Below, in pieces: positions 37,507-51,696 of a DNA stretch of 64,000 nucleotides. The notes beneath the pieces were generated by a model. It worked only from the letters and a program-made list of their open reading frames with translations. It was not told the origin of the DNA and searched no databases. The translations under genes were made by a program, and so were the position numbers. Origin of the DNA: Squalus acanthias (Eukaryota); the NCBI GenBank assembly GCA_030390025.1, contig CM059425.1, positions 176,888,001 to 176,952,000 on the forward strand, written 5' to 3'. Position 1 is the first letter of the stretch; every line of letters begins with the position of its first letter.

Positions 37507-38506
37507 AAAGTTAAAACCTTGGAAGCAGTGTACTCTTACTGAGATGCTGCCTTCAATTCCCTGCTTTCTTTCTGTTACTAGTTATTTTAAACTGAAAGTT
37601 AACTATTTGTTGTCTGAAAAGCCAAAGCAAAGATCAAACTAACTCAGTACCAGTTCTTTATGATGAGGGCTTCTAAAGGAATTGGATGGTGCTTTGGGTA
37701 ACAGCCTGTCCTTTTTGATCGGGGTTTAAATCTAGCCCAGACCACTGTCCCTCGTTTCCCTTGATGCCACCTTTGTGGGGAGGTGAGGGAACACATTCCC
37801 ACATCACCATCTTTTTTAAGCATAGGTTATGCCCTCCTCTTCTCCCTCCCCTCCACTCCAAATCCTTGAATTGTCCCTGATTCCTCCTGAATTCTTTATA
37901 CGTAAGTGTCTCAGCCTGTGTCTGCTGGTTGTAAGAGTCCTTTATGAAATGAGTTTGCGCAGGCTCAGCCAATTTTTACTGGCTGCAGGCCCAAAGCTCA
38001 AAACTGTTCAATATTTAAAATAAACTGACAACCTGGCTCAAAGGCCTTAAGGATAGCAGGCATGGGAAATGGGACAAATCATACTCATGCAGAAGAAATG
38101 CTCTTCTGAATTTGTGACTGAGATATATTGTTGAAGCAGTGTAGAGGGATCTTTACTCTCCATCTGGTCACGTTATACTTTCTTGACACTGAATGACAAA
38201 AGTGAAGTGTTCCATTCCCCAGCACTGACAATCCTCATCCTGATGGGCCCAAGAAATGTATATATTATTATTTTTTTTAAACAAAATGATGTTCCCTTCT
38301 TTATCTCGGTCATACACCACTGCCTGTCCCAGAGCAGGGGTTAAGTGAGCCACAGTTCCATTTCATGAAAGTACAGCTACCACAGGCAGGGCTTTTGATG
38401 ACTGAGTGAGAGCATTCTGAAAACAAATAGAAGTGATTATTTAAGGCCATGTTGTAGACTTGCTTATGGATATTAAGCCAAGTGAGTTTACTGCAGAGAC
38501 ACTCAC

Positions 38507-38628
38507 CATTTGTGAACGACAATTCTTCGAGGAGCTCCTCCTCTCGAGAAACATCCAGAGTGAAATCTGTGAAAGAAGGCTCTGCAGCTGGCTGGAAAGT
38601 TTTCAGAGATTCAGTGGCCATTCGGATC
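38507..38628 (-). CDS. TRIM36/TRIM46-subfamily exon, COS box
   Basis: (R)IRMATESLKTFQPAAEPSFTDFTLDVSREEELLEELSFTN; acceptor tttcag, donor G|gtgagt; 122 nt, phase 2-1. Confidence 0.93.
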
Positions 38629-38974
38629 CTGAAACGCAAATATTGTTCTAATCATCAAGCCTTTTCTTCACACGGACAAAGGGCACAAAAGACAAATGAA
38701 AAACAATGCTACTCAAGTCAAAGATGTACCACAAAGTCGATTACAAACAAAGCAACAGAAAGAGCTTTTTTCTTCTCAAATGGTGTCCTAGGAGTTGGCC
38801 AATGGTTTTGTTTTGGTTTGAGACAGGAAGCCCAGTGTTGTTACATTTACAATGCATGTTTCGTCCATGTCACAGATACTACCTGGAGGCTATGTTAGTA
38901 CCAAACATAGAACAATTATATTTTCTTTCACGTTTCACCACTGCCAGTAACTAAGTAACCGGTGATTAAATAAT

Positions 38975-40330
38975 GGAAAAATAAAGGAATCCCTACTAAA
39001 GGAGAAAATGGAAGAACATCTAGAAACCAAAATATAATAATAGTTAGCATGGATTTCAAAAGGGAAAATCTTGCTTAACCGACTTAATTGAAATTTTTGA
39101 AGAAGTAACAGAGAGTAGACAAGGGTACTGCAGTAGATGTAATTTATCTAGATTTTCAAAAGGCCTTCGATAAGGTACCCCATAATAGACTAATGAATAA
39201 GGTCAGGGAATGCAGAGTCAGGGGACAAGTAGCAGAATGGATAGTTGGCTGGCTTCAAGACAGAAAGCAGAGAGTAGGGGTAAAGGGTAGCTATTCACAG
39301 TGGCAGAAGGTGGGTAGTGGTGCTCCACAAGGATTAGTGTTGGGACCACTGCTGTTCACAATTTATATTAATGATTTAGACTTTGGAATCAAAAACACAA
39401 TTTCTAAATTTACGGACGACACCAAATTGGAGGGGTGGGTGGGGGGATAGTCAATACTGAGGAGGACTGCAACAAATTACAAGAAGACATTAATAAACTT
39501 GCAGAATGAGCATATAATTGGCAAATGAAATTCAACACAGATAAATGGAGGTATTACATTTTGGCAAGAAAAATAGGGAGGTCACATTACTTGGAAAATA
39601 AGAATCTAAATGGGGTAGAGGAGCAAAGAGAAGTACATATACACAAATCACTAAAAGTATCGACACAGGTTAACAAGGCTATAAAAAAGCAAACCAAGCA
39701 CTAGGATTTATTTCTAGAGGACTAAAATTGAAAAGTAGTGAAGTTATGCTAAACTTGTATCGAACCTTGGTTTGACCACACTTGGAGTACTGCGTACAGT
39801 TCTGGTCGCCATATTATAAAAAAGGACATAGAGGCACTGGAGAGGATGCAGAGAAGATTTACAAGGATGATACCAGAAATGCGAGGATATACCTATCAGG
39901 AAAGGATGAACAGGCTGGGTCTCTTTTCTCTTGAAAAAAGAAGGATGAGGGGTGACCTAATAGAGGTCTTTAAAATCATGAAAGGTGTCGATAGAGTAGA
40001 TACAGAGAGAATGTTTCCACTTGTGGAGAAAAGCAAAACTAGAGGCTATCAATATAAGATAGTCACCAAGAAATCAAATAGGGAATTCAGAAGTAATTTC
40101 TTTACCCAGTGTGGTGAGAATGTGGAACTTGCTACCACAGGAAGTGGTTGAAGCGAATAGTATAGATGCATTTAAGGGGCTGTTAGATAAGCATAGGAGG
40201 GAGAAGGGAATAGAGGGTTATGCTGACAGAGTTAGATGAGGAAAGATGGGAGGAGGCTCGAGTGGAGCATAAACGCCGGCATGGACTGGTTGGGCCGAAT
40301 GGCCTGCTTCTGTGCTGTATATCCTATGTG
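38975..40330 (+). mobile_element. CR1 RT + 3' end, 5'-truncated and degenerate
   Basis: HGF..GKSCLT, LDFQKAFDKVPH, FTDDTKL, RRMRGDLIEVFK, tail. Confidence 0.9.
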
Positions 40331-42382
40331 ATGGCCCAGTTCTGAGTAGAACTGCTACAAGCCATTTTATTAAAACATCTGCTACTCAAAGAATTGTTCA
40401 AAAGTTAACAAAACAAAATGGCAGATGGCACAGCAAGGATGTAATTATTTCTCCCTGTCGTGATGGCTGAGTAGGCCAACACTATGGCTATTTTTAAGAG
40501 GTATAAAAGGATATAAATGCTTTAAAAAGGATTCAACTGGACTGTGGATTTAAGGTTAACCCTGAGAATGGATAAGTAATTGGCTGAAGGCTGCAAAACA
40601 ATGAGTACTTATTAGCAGAGTTATGTCAGCTTGGGGAAAGTACAGAGTGGGGTTCCCAGGGCTTGGTGCTGGGGCCACTACGGTTTCTAATTTACAAAAA
40701 AGTGACCTGAGTTCAGAATCTCAATGCAAAGTGAACAGATTTGCAGATGATACTAAATTAGGAGGGCAGTGAAATCGGAGGAGGAAGCTCAAAAATTAGG
40801 GTGTGTTGGACAAAATACGTATGTAGGCAGAACAATGGTAGATGAAACTTAATACAGACAGGTGCAAAGTACTGCAGAAAAATCAGCAACACGTATACTC
40901 TTTGAATGGTACTGAAATAGCTGAGGCAACAATGATGAAAAATGAGATGTATGATGTTATTCCTTCATTATTGTCTAATTTAAATATCATATTTGGGCAT
41001 CACTCCTGCCAGAAAATCCAGCAGGCTTCAAAGTGGTGAGGAGTCCAGCAATATGAATCCCCACCTGATACCCTGCCCTCCTGGCCATATTACCGCCACT
41101 ACAGCAAGTGAGAACCTTGAGGGAAATATTGCCTTTAGTGTTCTTTAAAGTAGGGGATTGATAAGTGGTGGTGGTGGAGGGGGGAATCCATGGTAGGACA
41201 ATAGACTCTTACTGGAGCAGGCTTGATGAGCAGAATATCCTTTTCTCCTGCTAGATTTTCTTATATTCTTAAAAATAAAGAAAATAAAAACTTACCCTCT
41301 AGGAGGACAACTGTATTTGCTCAGCCAAATGAAAGGAAATAAGAGTGGACAATAGGGGACGGAGGAGAATGCTCACTGTATTTATTGGGCACAGGCATAG
41401 CTATTTCTCACTGGTGTGGGAGCAGGAGTGAAAGAGGCCAAAGAGAGGATGGAGGCTGGCTCGAGGAGAATGGTCCATGTACGAACCAGGCACAGACAGC
41501 AGTTATTGGTGCCTAACAGGATGCATGGTTGCAGTGTGAGTATGATGCATTTGTAGTATTAAAATATTAACCATGCTTTAGGCTGCAAATTGATGCAATT
41601 ATTCTTAAACTTCCACACTATACATAGAAATACATAGAAGTTACAACATGGAAACAGGCCATTCGGCCAACCAGTCTGTGTCAGCGTTTACCCTCCACAC
41701 GAGTATAAAGATTTGAGAATCTTGAAATGGGACATCCTGTGGAAACTCTTACAAATATGGCCACTCAGAATGGCACAAACATACGTCCCATCTATTTTCA
41801 AAAGAATGTTCACCCACATGACTTCCATTCTCTAAAGTGTGTATTCTACATGTTGAGTAGATGCAGTTCTCCATCCCGAATGATATAGTTCTTCATTAGA
41901 TGGTCTGGGATTACAGTAAGAGAGACTCATTTTTATGTTGAGCAGATGTGCGGAGTACTTATACTCACTTTCGTGGGCTTTTTTTTTTTTACAGAGGCCC
42001 AGTGTCGGGAGCAGCAGGAGAGTACAGTGAGTATTTAAACTCACTTTCGTGGGCTTTTTTTTTTTACAGAGGCTTACCAATCTCGCAGACCGGTGGCGGC
42101 GTTCCAGAGCCACGTCACGATTCAAAAAGTGATGCGAGCAAGAGGAAGCAGCTGATTGGGTGAGTACGGCCAGGTGAGTATTTATACTACTCTATAGTTT
42201 GACAGTTAAGATTAATAGTTTATAAAGTTTAGAAGGTCTTAATTTTTATGGTTATAGTTTCTAAGGTCTCTGTTGTGTAGCGGGGAGTGCTAGTAACCAA
42301 GGGCCCTTGAGTATATCATTTAATTGTAGTGTAATTAGTGGTATTGATTTGATTTGATTTAATTTAAATTAAAGGGTAAGTC

Positions 42383-43334
42383 ATGGCAGCACAGCTCGGC
42401 CCTGTGGCATGCCCCTCCTGCGCTATGTGGGAAATCAGCGACACTTCCTGTGTCCCCGACGACCATGTGTGCGGGAAGTGTATCCAGCTGCAGCTACTGG
42501 CAGACCGCATTGCGGCGCTGGAGCTGCGAATGGATACATACTGGAGCATTCACGATGCTGAGGACATCGTGGATAGCACATTTAATGGGTTGGTCACACC
42601 GCAGGTAAAGGCTGCACAGGCAGGAAGGGAATGGGTGACTGCCAGGCAGATTAGTAGGCGCAGGCAGGTAGTGCAGGGGTGCCCTGTGGCCATCCCCCTC
42701 TCAAACAGATATACCACTTTGGATATTGTTGAGGGAGATGGCTTATCGGGGGAAGGCAGCAGCAAACTTCCTGGCACCATGGGTGGTTCTGCCGCACAGT
42801 ATGGGAGAAAAAAGAGCGGGAGAGCAATAGTGATAGGGGATTCTATTGTAAGGGGAATAGATAGGCGTTTCTGCGGCCGCAAACGAGACTCCAGGATGGT
42901 ATGTTGCCTCCTCCCTGGTGCAAGGGTCAAGGATGTCTTGGGGCGGCTGCACGGCATTCTGGAGGGGAAGGGTGAACAGCCAGTTGTCGTGGTGCATATA
43001 GGTACCAACGATATAGGTAAAAAAAGGGATGAGGTCCTAAAAGCTGAATATAGGGAGTTAGGAGGTAAATTAAAAAATAGGACCTCAAAAGATAGTAATC
43101 TCAGGATTGCTACCAGTGCCACGTGCTAGTCAGAGTAGAAATAGAAGGATATTTCAGATGACTATGTGGCTAGAGGAATGGTGCAAGGGGAAGGGATTTA
43201 AATTCCTGGGACATTGGAACCGGTTCTGGGGGAGGTGGGACCAGTACAAACTGGACGGTTTGCAACTGGGCGGGACCGGGACCGATGTCCTAGGGGGAGT
43301 GTTTGCTAGTGCTGTTGGGGAGGGTTTAAACTAA
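42383..43334 (+). pseudogene. CR1 ORF1 (zinc finger/leucine zipper + SGNH esterase), frameshifted near 43090
   Basis: CPSC..CGKC, PLSNRY, GDSIVR, PGA, HIGTND, DGLQL. Confidence 0.88.
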
Positions 43335-43521
43335 AATGGCAGGGGGTTGGGAACCTGTGCAGGGAGACAGAGGAAAGGGAAGCAAGGATAGAAACAAAAG
43401 ACAGTAAGGAGAAAAGCAAAAGAGGAAGGCAGAGAAATCAAAGCTGTAAATCAAATAGGGCTACAGTAAATAATAATTCTAAAAGGACTAAGAGTGTTAA
43501 AAAAACAAGCCCGAAGGCTTT

Positions 43522-44415
43522 GGGGGAAAAATTCAGTTGGTTGCGCCTCCCGCTAGCGCCTTAAGAGGGCACTAATGGGGCACAAAGCATCTAGCGCCCG
43601 GGCGCGGCGATGTTTGCGCCGCTCGCGAAATTAACTAGACATTTTGCGGCAGCGCTAAACACTACCACCATGATCTCCTGCGCCGCCAGATCGTGACGTC
43701 AGTCGAGTGCGCAACGCCCCGGTATCGCCCCGGAGCGGATATTGAGTGGTGCCCCCTGCCTTACCGCCTGCCGCTAGCAACGACAGATTGAGGGGAGCGT
43801 TTTGCAGTCAGGAAGGGACTGGGGGAGCGCTATTTAAAGGCGACCGCTTCCTGCCTTTTATTGTTGGTGACATTTTTGCGCCACGCATTCTGAGAGAGAG
43901 AGAGAGAGAGACTTCTGGAGAGATTCAACACTGTGTGAAGGAGTTTTGGGTACTGAGCAGCACTTTGCAGGTTCATTTTGATTTGCCCTTCCTTGTATCG
44001 ATTTAGAAGAGACTGTGGGGGCTGCACTCTGAGCTCTTTCCCTGGTACTCTCCATTGTTCTTCCCAGCAGATTTGATGTGCAGGTCTCTCCAGGCCGAGA
44101 TTCAAGGCTGCAATGAGCAGGATGTGGATGGAAAGCAAGATCAACCCTCCCCTTTAAGAACTGGCCGGCGCCATTGTGTCTGTGTTCCATTGCTGACTGA
44201 CATCACATGAGTTCGCCAGCGCTCTGAGGTAGCACCTCGCTCCTCAGCCTTTGCGCCTTAAGACAGGTGTGAAGCGCCTGATTTAGCGCTCCAATCACCT
44301 CCAGGGGCGATAAAAGTCAAGTTTGCAGTCGGTGGTGATAATTAGCGCCAGGCGCTAATCTTTGCACACGGCCGATAATTGCGCCCCAGATGGGGCGATA
44401 CTGAATTTCTCCCCC
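43522..44415. mobile_element. PIF/Harbinger-like MITE inserted in the CR1, TTT TSD
   Basis: TTT|GGGGGAAAAATTCAG...CTGAATTTCTCCCCC|TTT; the CR1 reads AAGGCT-TTGTGTCTTAATGC across the insertion. Confidence 0.88.
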
Positions 44416-44416
44416 T

Positions 44417-47187
44417 TTGTGTCTTAATGCGAGGAGCATTCATAATAAGGTGGATGAATTTGCTGCGCAAATAGATATAAACGGATATGATATAATTGGG
44501 ATTACGGAGACATGGCTCCAGGGTGACCAAGGCTGGGAATCCAACATCCAGGGGTATTCAATATTCAGGAAGGACAGGCAAGAAGGAAAAGGAGGTGGGG
44601 TAGCATTGCTGTTTAAAGAGGAGATTAACACAATAGTAAGGAAGGATATTAGCTCTGATGATGTGAAATCTGTATGGGTAGAGCTGAGAAATACCGAGGG
44701 GCAGAAAATGTTAGTGGGAGTTGTATACAGACCCCTAAACAGTAATGCGGAGGTTGGGGATGGCATTAAACGGGAAATTAGAGATGCGTGCAATAAGGGC
44801 ACAGCAGTTATCATGGGTGACTTTAATCTACATATAGATTGGGCTAACCAAATTAGTAACAATAATGTGGAGGAGGAATTCTGAGAGTGTATATGGGATG
44901 GTTTCCTGGACCACTATGTCGAGGAACCAACTAGAGACCAGGCCATCTTAGACTGGGTACTAGGTAATGAGAAAGAATTAATTAGCAATCTTGTTGTGCG
45001 AGGCCCCTTGGGGAGGAGCGATCATAATATGATAGAATTCTTCATTAAGATCGAGAGTGAAGTAGTTGACTCAGAGACTAGGGTCCTGAATTTAAATAAA
45101 GGAAACTACGATGGTATGAGGCGCGAGATGGCTAGGATGGATTCGGGAGCGTTACTTAAAGGGTTGACGGTGGATAGGCAATGGCAAACATTTAAAGATC
45201 GCATGGATGAACTACAGAATTTGTTCTTCCCTGTTTGGCATAAAAATAAAACAAAAAAGGTGACTCAACTGTGGCTAACAAGGGAAATTAGGGACAGCAT
45301 AAGATCCAAGGAGAGGACGTATAAATTGGCCAGAAAAAGCAGCAAACCTGAGGATTGGGAGCAGTTTAGGATTCAGCAAAGGAGGACAAAGGGATTAATT
45401 AAGAGGGGGAAAGAATATGAGAGTAAGCTTGCAGGGAACATAAAAACTGACTGTAAAAGCTTCTATAGATATGTGAAGAGAAAAAGATTGGTGAAGTCAA
45501 GCGTAGGTCCCTTGCAGTCAGAATCAGGGTAATTTATAATGGGGAACAAAGAAATGGCAGACCAATTAAATACATACTTTGGTTCTGTCTTCACAAAGGA
45601 GGACACAAATAACCTCCGAGATGTCGGGGAACATAGGGTCTAATGAGAGGGAGGAATTGAATGAAATCAGTATTTGTAGGGAAATGGTGTTCGGGAAATT
45701 GATGGGATTGAAGGCCAATAAATCCCTAGGGCACTTAAGGAAGTAGCCCTAGAAATAGTAGATGCATTGCTGGTCATCTTCCAAAATTCTACAGACTCTG
45801 GAATAGTTCCCATGGATTGGAGGGTGGCTAATGTAACCCCACTATTTAAAAAAGGTGGTAGAGAGAAAACGGGGAATTATAGACCGGTAAGCCTCACATC
45901 GGTAGTGGGGAAAATGCTAGAGTCCATTATAAAAGATGTAATAGCAGACCACTTGGAAAACAGTGACAGGATTGGACAAAGTCAACATGGATTTACAAAA
46001 GGTAAATCATGCTTGACAAATCTACTGGAATTTTTGAGGATGTAACTGGTAGGATAGATAAGGGAGAACCAGTGGATGTGGCGTATTTGGACTTTCAGAA
46101 GGCTTTCGATAAGGTCCCGCATAAGATATTAGCATACAAAGTTAAAGCACATGGGATTGGGGGTAAGGTACTGACTTGGATAGAGAACTGGTTGGCAGAC
46201 AGGAAGCAAAGAGTTGGAATAAATGGGTCTTTTTCTGAGTGGCAGGCAGTGACTAGTGAGGTACCGCAGGGATCAGTGCTAGGACCCCAGCTATTCACAA
46301 TATATATTAATGATCTAGACGAGGGAACTAGATGTAATATCTCCAAGTTTGCAGGCAACACAAAGCTGGGTGGGCGTGTGTGCTGTGAGGAGGATGCAGA
46401 GAAACTCCAGTATGATTTGGACAGGTTGGGTGATTAGGCAGATGCATGGCAGATGCAGTCTAATGTGGATGAATGCGAGGTTATCCACTTTGGTGGCAAA
46501 AACAGGAAGACAGATTATTATCTGAACGGCAATAGATTGGGGAAAGGGGAAGTGCAACGAGATCTGGGAGTCCTTGTGCACCAGTCGCTGAAGTTAAGCA
46601 TGCAGGTGCAGCAGGCGGTTAAGAAGGCAAATAGTATGTTGGCCTTCATAGCGAGAGGGCTCGAGTACAGGAACAAGGATGTCTTGCTGCAGTTGTACAG
46701 GGACTTGGTGAGACCACACCTTGAGTATTGTGTGTAGTTTTGGTCGCCTTATCTGAGGAAGGATGTTCTTGCCATGGAGGGAGTGCAGCGAAGATTCACC
46801 AGACTGATACCTGGGATGGCAGGAATGACGTATGAAGAGAGATTGGGTCGATTAGGCTTATATTCGCTAGAGTTTAGAAGAATGAGAGGAGATCTCATTG
46901 AAACTTATAAAATTCTAACAGGGCTAGACAGACTAGATGCAGGAAGGATGTTCCCGATGGCGGGGGAGTCCAGAACCAGGGGTCACAGTCTAAGGATAAG
47001 GGGCAAGCCATTTAGGACTGAGATGAGGAGGAATTTCTTCACCCAGAGAGTGGTGAACCTGTGGAATTCTCTACCACAGAAGGCAGTTGAGGCCAACTCA
47101 TTAAATATATTCAAGAAGGAGTTAGATATATTTCTTAAGGCTGAAGGGGTCAAGGGATATGGGGAGAAAGCAGGGACAGGGTACTGA
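44417..47187 (+). pseudogene. CR1 ORF2 (APE + RT) with stops and frameshifts
   Basis: CLNARSI..ITETW..GDFN..SDH..NYRPVSLT..PQGSVLGP..RGDLIETYK. Confidence 0.92.
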
Positions 47188-47310
47188 ATTTGGATGATCA
47201 GCCATGATCTCATTAAATGGCGGAACAGGCTCGAGAGGCCGAATGGCCTACTCCTGCTCCTATCTTCTATGTTTCTATGTCTTAGACTAAAATTTAAGTA
47301 CAAGAGCCCT

Positions 47311-48170
47311 GGGGGAGAGATTCGGTATCACTCCGTTTGGGGCGCTATTATCGGTCGGGCGCAAAGTTTAGTGCCTGCCGCTAATTATCGCCTTCGACTA
47401 CAAACTTGGCTTCTAGCGCCCCTGGAGGTGATTTGAGCACTAAATCAGGCGATACACACCTGTCTTAAGGCGCTAACGCCGAGGAGCGAGGCGCTACCTC
47501 AGAGCGCTGGCGAAGCTCATGTGATGTCAGTCAGCAATGGAACACAGACACACTGGCGCCGGCCAGTTCTTAAAGGGGAGGGTCGATCTTGCTCTCCAGC
47601 CACACCCTGCTCATTGCAGCCTTGAATCTTGGCCTGGAGAGACCTGCACATCAATTCTGCTGGAAAGAACAATGGAGAGGCCTAGGGAAAGAGCTCAGAG
47701 TGCAGCCCCCATAGTCTCTTCTAAATCGATGCAAGGAAGGTCAAATCAAAATGAACCTGCAAAGTGCTGCTCAGTACCCAAAACTCCTTCACACAGCGTT
47801 GAATCTCTCCAGAAGTCTCTCTCTCTCTCTCAGAATGCGTGGCGCAAAAATGTCACCGACAAAAAAAGGCAGGAAGCGGTCGCCTTTAAGTAGTGCACCC
47901 CCAGTCCCTTCCCGCCTGTAAAATGTTCCCCTCTACCTGTCGTTGCTAGCGGCAGGCAGAAAGGTAGGGGGTGCCACTCAATATCCGGTCGAAGGTGCTA
48001 CCGGGGCGTTGCACGCTCGACTGATGTCACGATCTGCGGGCATAGGAAATCGTGGCGGTAGTGTTTAGCACCGCCGCAAAATGTCTGGTCAATTTCGCGA
48101 GCGGTGCAAACATCGCCGCGCCCGTGCGCTAGTTGCTTTGCGCCCCATTAAGCAACCGAATTTTTCCCCC
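47311..48170. mobile_element. Second copy of the 43522-44415 MITE, inverted
   Basis: Reverse-complement match; ORF track 43858-44190(-) vs 47537-47893(+) nearly identical; TIR GGGGGAGAGATTCGGT...ACCGAATTTTTCCCCC. Confidence 0.88.
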
Positions 48171-49926
48171 CTGGTGCTGGCAAGATTCTCAGTCTCCTGT
48201 CATGCCCGCTGAAGTATAAGTGCTCCCCAGGGAACACCGAGGGGAGAACTATGGGAATTTCACAGAAAATTAGCCTTTACTCTTGCTGTGAGGACAATAA
48301 AAAGACATTGATGGTAACTTTCCCCTTTGCCACTTGGCCAGTGAACTGACTTCAATGGCGACCAAAATTGGCAGAGTTCTATGTAGGCGGGTAGTCTACT
48401 CCATCAGTTTACTGCCCAAGCAATGAAGGTGAAAATTACTCCCATTATGCATTAACTGTTAACTTTTAGATGTTAAAAGAAACAAAACAGAGGGTGCTTC
48501 AACCTTTCTGAAGATTTAAGAAAGGCTTGTCGACAGATGTTATTGTCACAAACTCCTATGCACAATAAACATCAAGGCTTTTGGAAGCACCTGCCATCGA
48601 TAGATTTTTGCTAGACAATGGTCTAAAAGAATATGGAGCTAAGGCAGGTTGGTGGAGTTATGATACAGGTCAGCCATGATCTCACTGAATGGCGGTACAG
48701 GCTCGAGGGCCTGAATAGCCCACTCCTGTTCCTATGTTCCTAATTATAATATATGACCCTGACCAAAAACATTTTGGTTGACTCTTAACTGCCCTCTGAA
48801 GTGGCCTAGCCAGCCACTCAGTTGTCAAGAAGGCAGCTCACCACCACCTTCTCAAGGGCAATTAGGGATGGGAAATAAATGCTGGCCTTGCCAGCGCCGC
48901 CCACATCCCGTGAATGAATAAAAGAGAATAGAGCAGGTACATGGGATTAGGACTGCTGCTCATATAAACACCTACATAGACTGCTTGGGCTAAACAGCCT
49001 GTTTCCGTGTCTGGTTATTCCTATGTAATTCTATGAATAGTACATGGAATCCTTAAGTTTGCACATTGACAAAAGAGGCAGATAGGAAATTAGTTTTAAT
49101 GCCTCATCTAAAGGACAGCAACTCCAACAATGCAGCACTCCCTCAGCACTGTACTAGAGTGTCAGCCTTGATTAGGTGCTCAAATCCTTGAGTAAAGCAT
49201 GAACTCATAACCTTCTAACGCCGAGGTAAATGTACTGCCACTGAGCCCAGCTGTCACCCAATATAGTTGAACAAATAGAGTATTCAATAACTTGATGATC
49301 CTTATATTTAAAAGTACTACCTCAATTCTAAATTAAAGTTTGATTTTCTTCATTTATGTTTCATGCTCTTTCAAAAAGTAGAATGGATTTGCAATTAAAA
49401 ATCAAAATGATGTTTAATTTAACATTTTAAATGATAATTACAGTTTATAGCCATTTATCGGATACCTATAATTCTGGTTTTGTTTCTTCTCCAATGCAAT
49501 TAATGACAATTGGAGAATTTAGAGGAACCCATGACTTGACATTCAATGAACTCATTTTAACATTTTGCTATCGTATTAACATTAAGCTTGTTTGCAGATA
49601 AGTTTCAGACTTTGCCTGCTGAATGATTCAGGTCTGATGGGTGAGGGAATAAGAATTCTGCACTCGAACATAAGGTTGTCAGATCCCCGGCTGAAATGTT
49701 TCTGTTGTTCCTGGTCTCAAGATAATTTTGCCAGGCTCCCCTGGTGGTGGCAGCATGCTGCACCTCAGTGCTCTTCGCCCAACGTCGAGCACAGGATAAC
49801 ACTTAGGAACTCAATTGAACTTAGATGTGACTCAGATACGATTGATAAAGTCTTGCTTTTTAAGACTGAAACAAAAGCTTTTCCACTTTTTTCCCCTCAA
49901 TGTTTTTGCCCATTTGCTATGTCTTG

Positions 49927-50386
49927 TATGGGGGGATTGTCCTATGAGGAGAGATTGAGTAGACTAGGCCTATATTCTCTAGAGTTTAGAAGAATGAGAG
50001 GTGATCTCATTGAAACATACAAAATTTTTTACAGGGCTTGACAGGGTAGATGCAGGGAGGATGTTTCCCCTGGCTGGGGAGTCTAGAACCAGGGGTCACA
50101 GTCTCAGAATAAGGGGTCGACCATTTAGGACTGAGATGAGGAGAAATTTCTTCACTCAGAGGGTGGTGAATCTTTGGAATTCTCTACCCCAGAAGGCTGT
50201 GGATGCTCAGTCGTTGAGTATATTTAAGACAGAGATCGATAGATTTTTGGATATTAAGGGAATCAAGGGATATGGGGATAGTGCGGGAAAGTGGAGTTGA
50301 GGGGAAGATCAGCCATGATCTTATTGAATGGCGGAGCAGGCTCGACTGGCCGAATGGCCCACTCCTGCTCCTAATTCTTATGTTCT
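49927..50386 (+). mobile_element. CR1 3' fragment
   Basis: GLSYEERLSRLGLYSLEFRRMRGDLIETYK plus tail. Confidence 0.9.
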
Positions 50387-51696
50387 AAGAGGTGAAGTGA
50401 GCCTTCAAGTACATGCTCAAAGTACTGTGAGCATCACTTAGCAGTCATTATAGGCAAAAAACTTTTTTACACTAAGCTCTTTGTGTGACAAATCAGAGCT
50501 GGTCATCAGGGTCAATTGCTTGCTCGCCTGCTCTTTTTAGTGGGCTCTCAGTCTTTTGGATCTGAGAGCACAAGTACATCATTGCTTATAATACAACAGA
50601 ACTTGCACGGACCATCATTCAGATTTAGTGCTGGATTTTCCACCGCTATCCCGCCTGAAATTGGTCAAAATAGCAGCAGAAAAGGGGATGCAATCAGGCA
50701 GTGTTGCCTACCACTGAGTCACCTGACTTTAATTTCCATCCCCCCGCTGGTGACTTCCTCCCCACCCATTGCATGCGAATGCCCGCTGAGGAATGGAGCC
50801 TGGGTTCCAGGCCCAGTTCCCTCACATCTACCCCTGTTCCGGCTACTCACCAGGCCCGGCAGGTAAACCATGGTAATTAGGCGCAGGATGGCAGTGGGAA
50901 TGGCTCCACGTGTCAGATGGAGAAAGCGGGCTTACGAAAGGCTTCAGCTCCCTTACTTGCTTACTTGGTCAAGGCCTTAGTCTTGGCCAACGCTTTTGGT
51001 CTCTGGGCTCTTTCATTCTTTGGGCCCCTCTTAATGTCTCACCCGCCTCTTCAGAGTTCTCTGTGGAACCACTGGCAGGCTCCTGCTTGCTGGCGAGATT
51101 TCCACTGGGAGCCGGCCATGAATAGCTAATGAATCCAACTCAAAACGGGGCCGAGGTCATGCAGGGTCAGAGCGGTGGTTGGAAGTCAGGCTCCAGAGCT
51201 TCAGGGCAGGACCAGGAAAATCTCGCTCTTAGTATCCACTTTACTAAAAAAAGGGCATTGTCACTGTATTGGGAGTTTCCTGGCAGGCTCAATCACTGGA
51301 AAAACTTTCTCGATTTCCTTATGTTCACTCATCCGCACCACTCACCTCTTCTAAATAAGTAGAAGCTCTATTCGTGTATATAAAAATGTTAACTTATTTC
51401 TGGAGCTATTTGGTATTCCTGTCTTTCACTTAGATTTTTAAAGGTAAATTAGGCACAAGTTGGTGCAATAGGAACAAGCCATAGGAAATCGGAGTAGTCA
51501 GACACAGCTCCTCAAACCATACTCTCCATATGTCGGAAATACCTCAATGAAAAGTGTGCTCTGGGAGATGCCAGGGCTAACCTACATACTCTGCCACTAT
51601 ATTGTGGCTTTATTAAAAGTAAGATTAATATAAACTTTCTAGAGAATATAAGAAATACATTCTGTCAGTGCAGAGGTGCAATTTTTCTGGACCCAC

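Larger units (their letters stand above)
41950..47280 (+). mobile_element. Near-full-length CR1 LINE (5'UTR, ORF1, ORF2, 3' tail) interrupted by a MITE
   Basis: Duplicated 5'UTR motif 41950-42075; ORF1 and ORF2 as listed below; TTCTATGTTTCTATGT tail ending at 47280. Confidence 0.92.
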
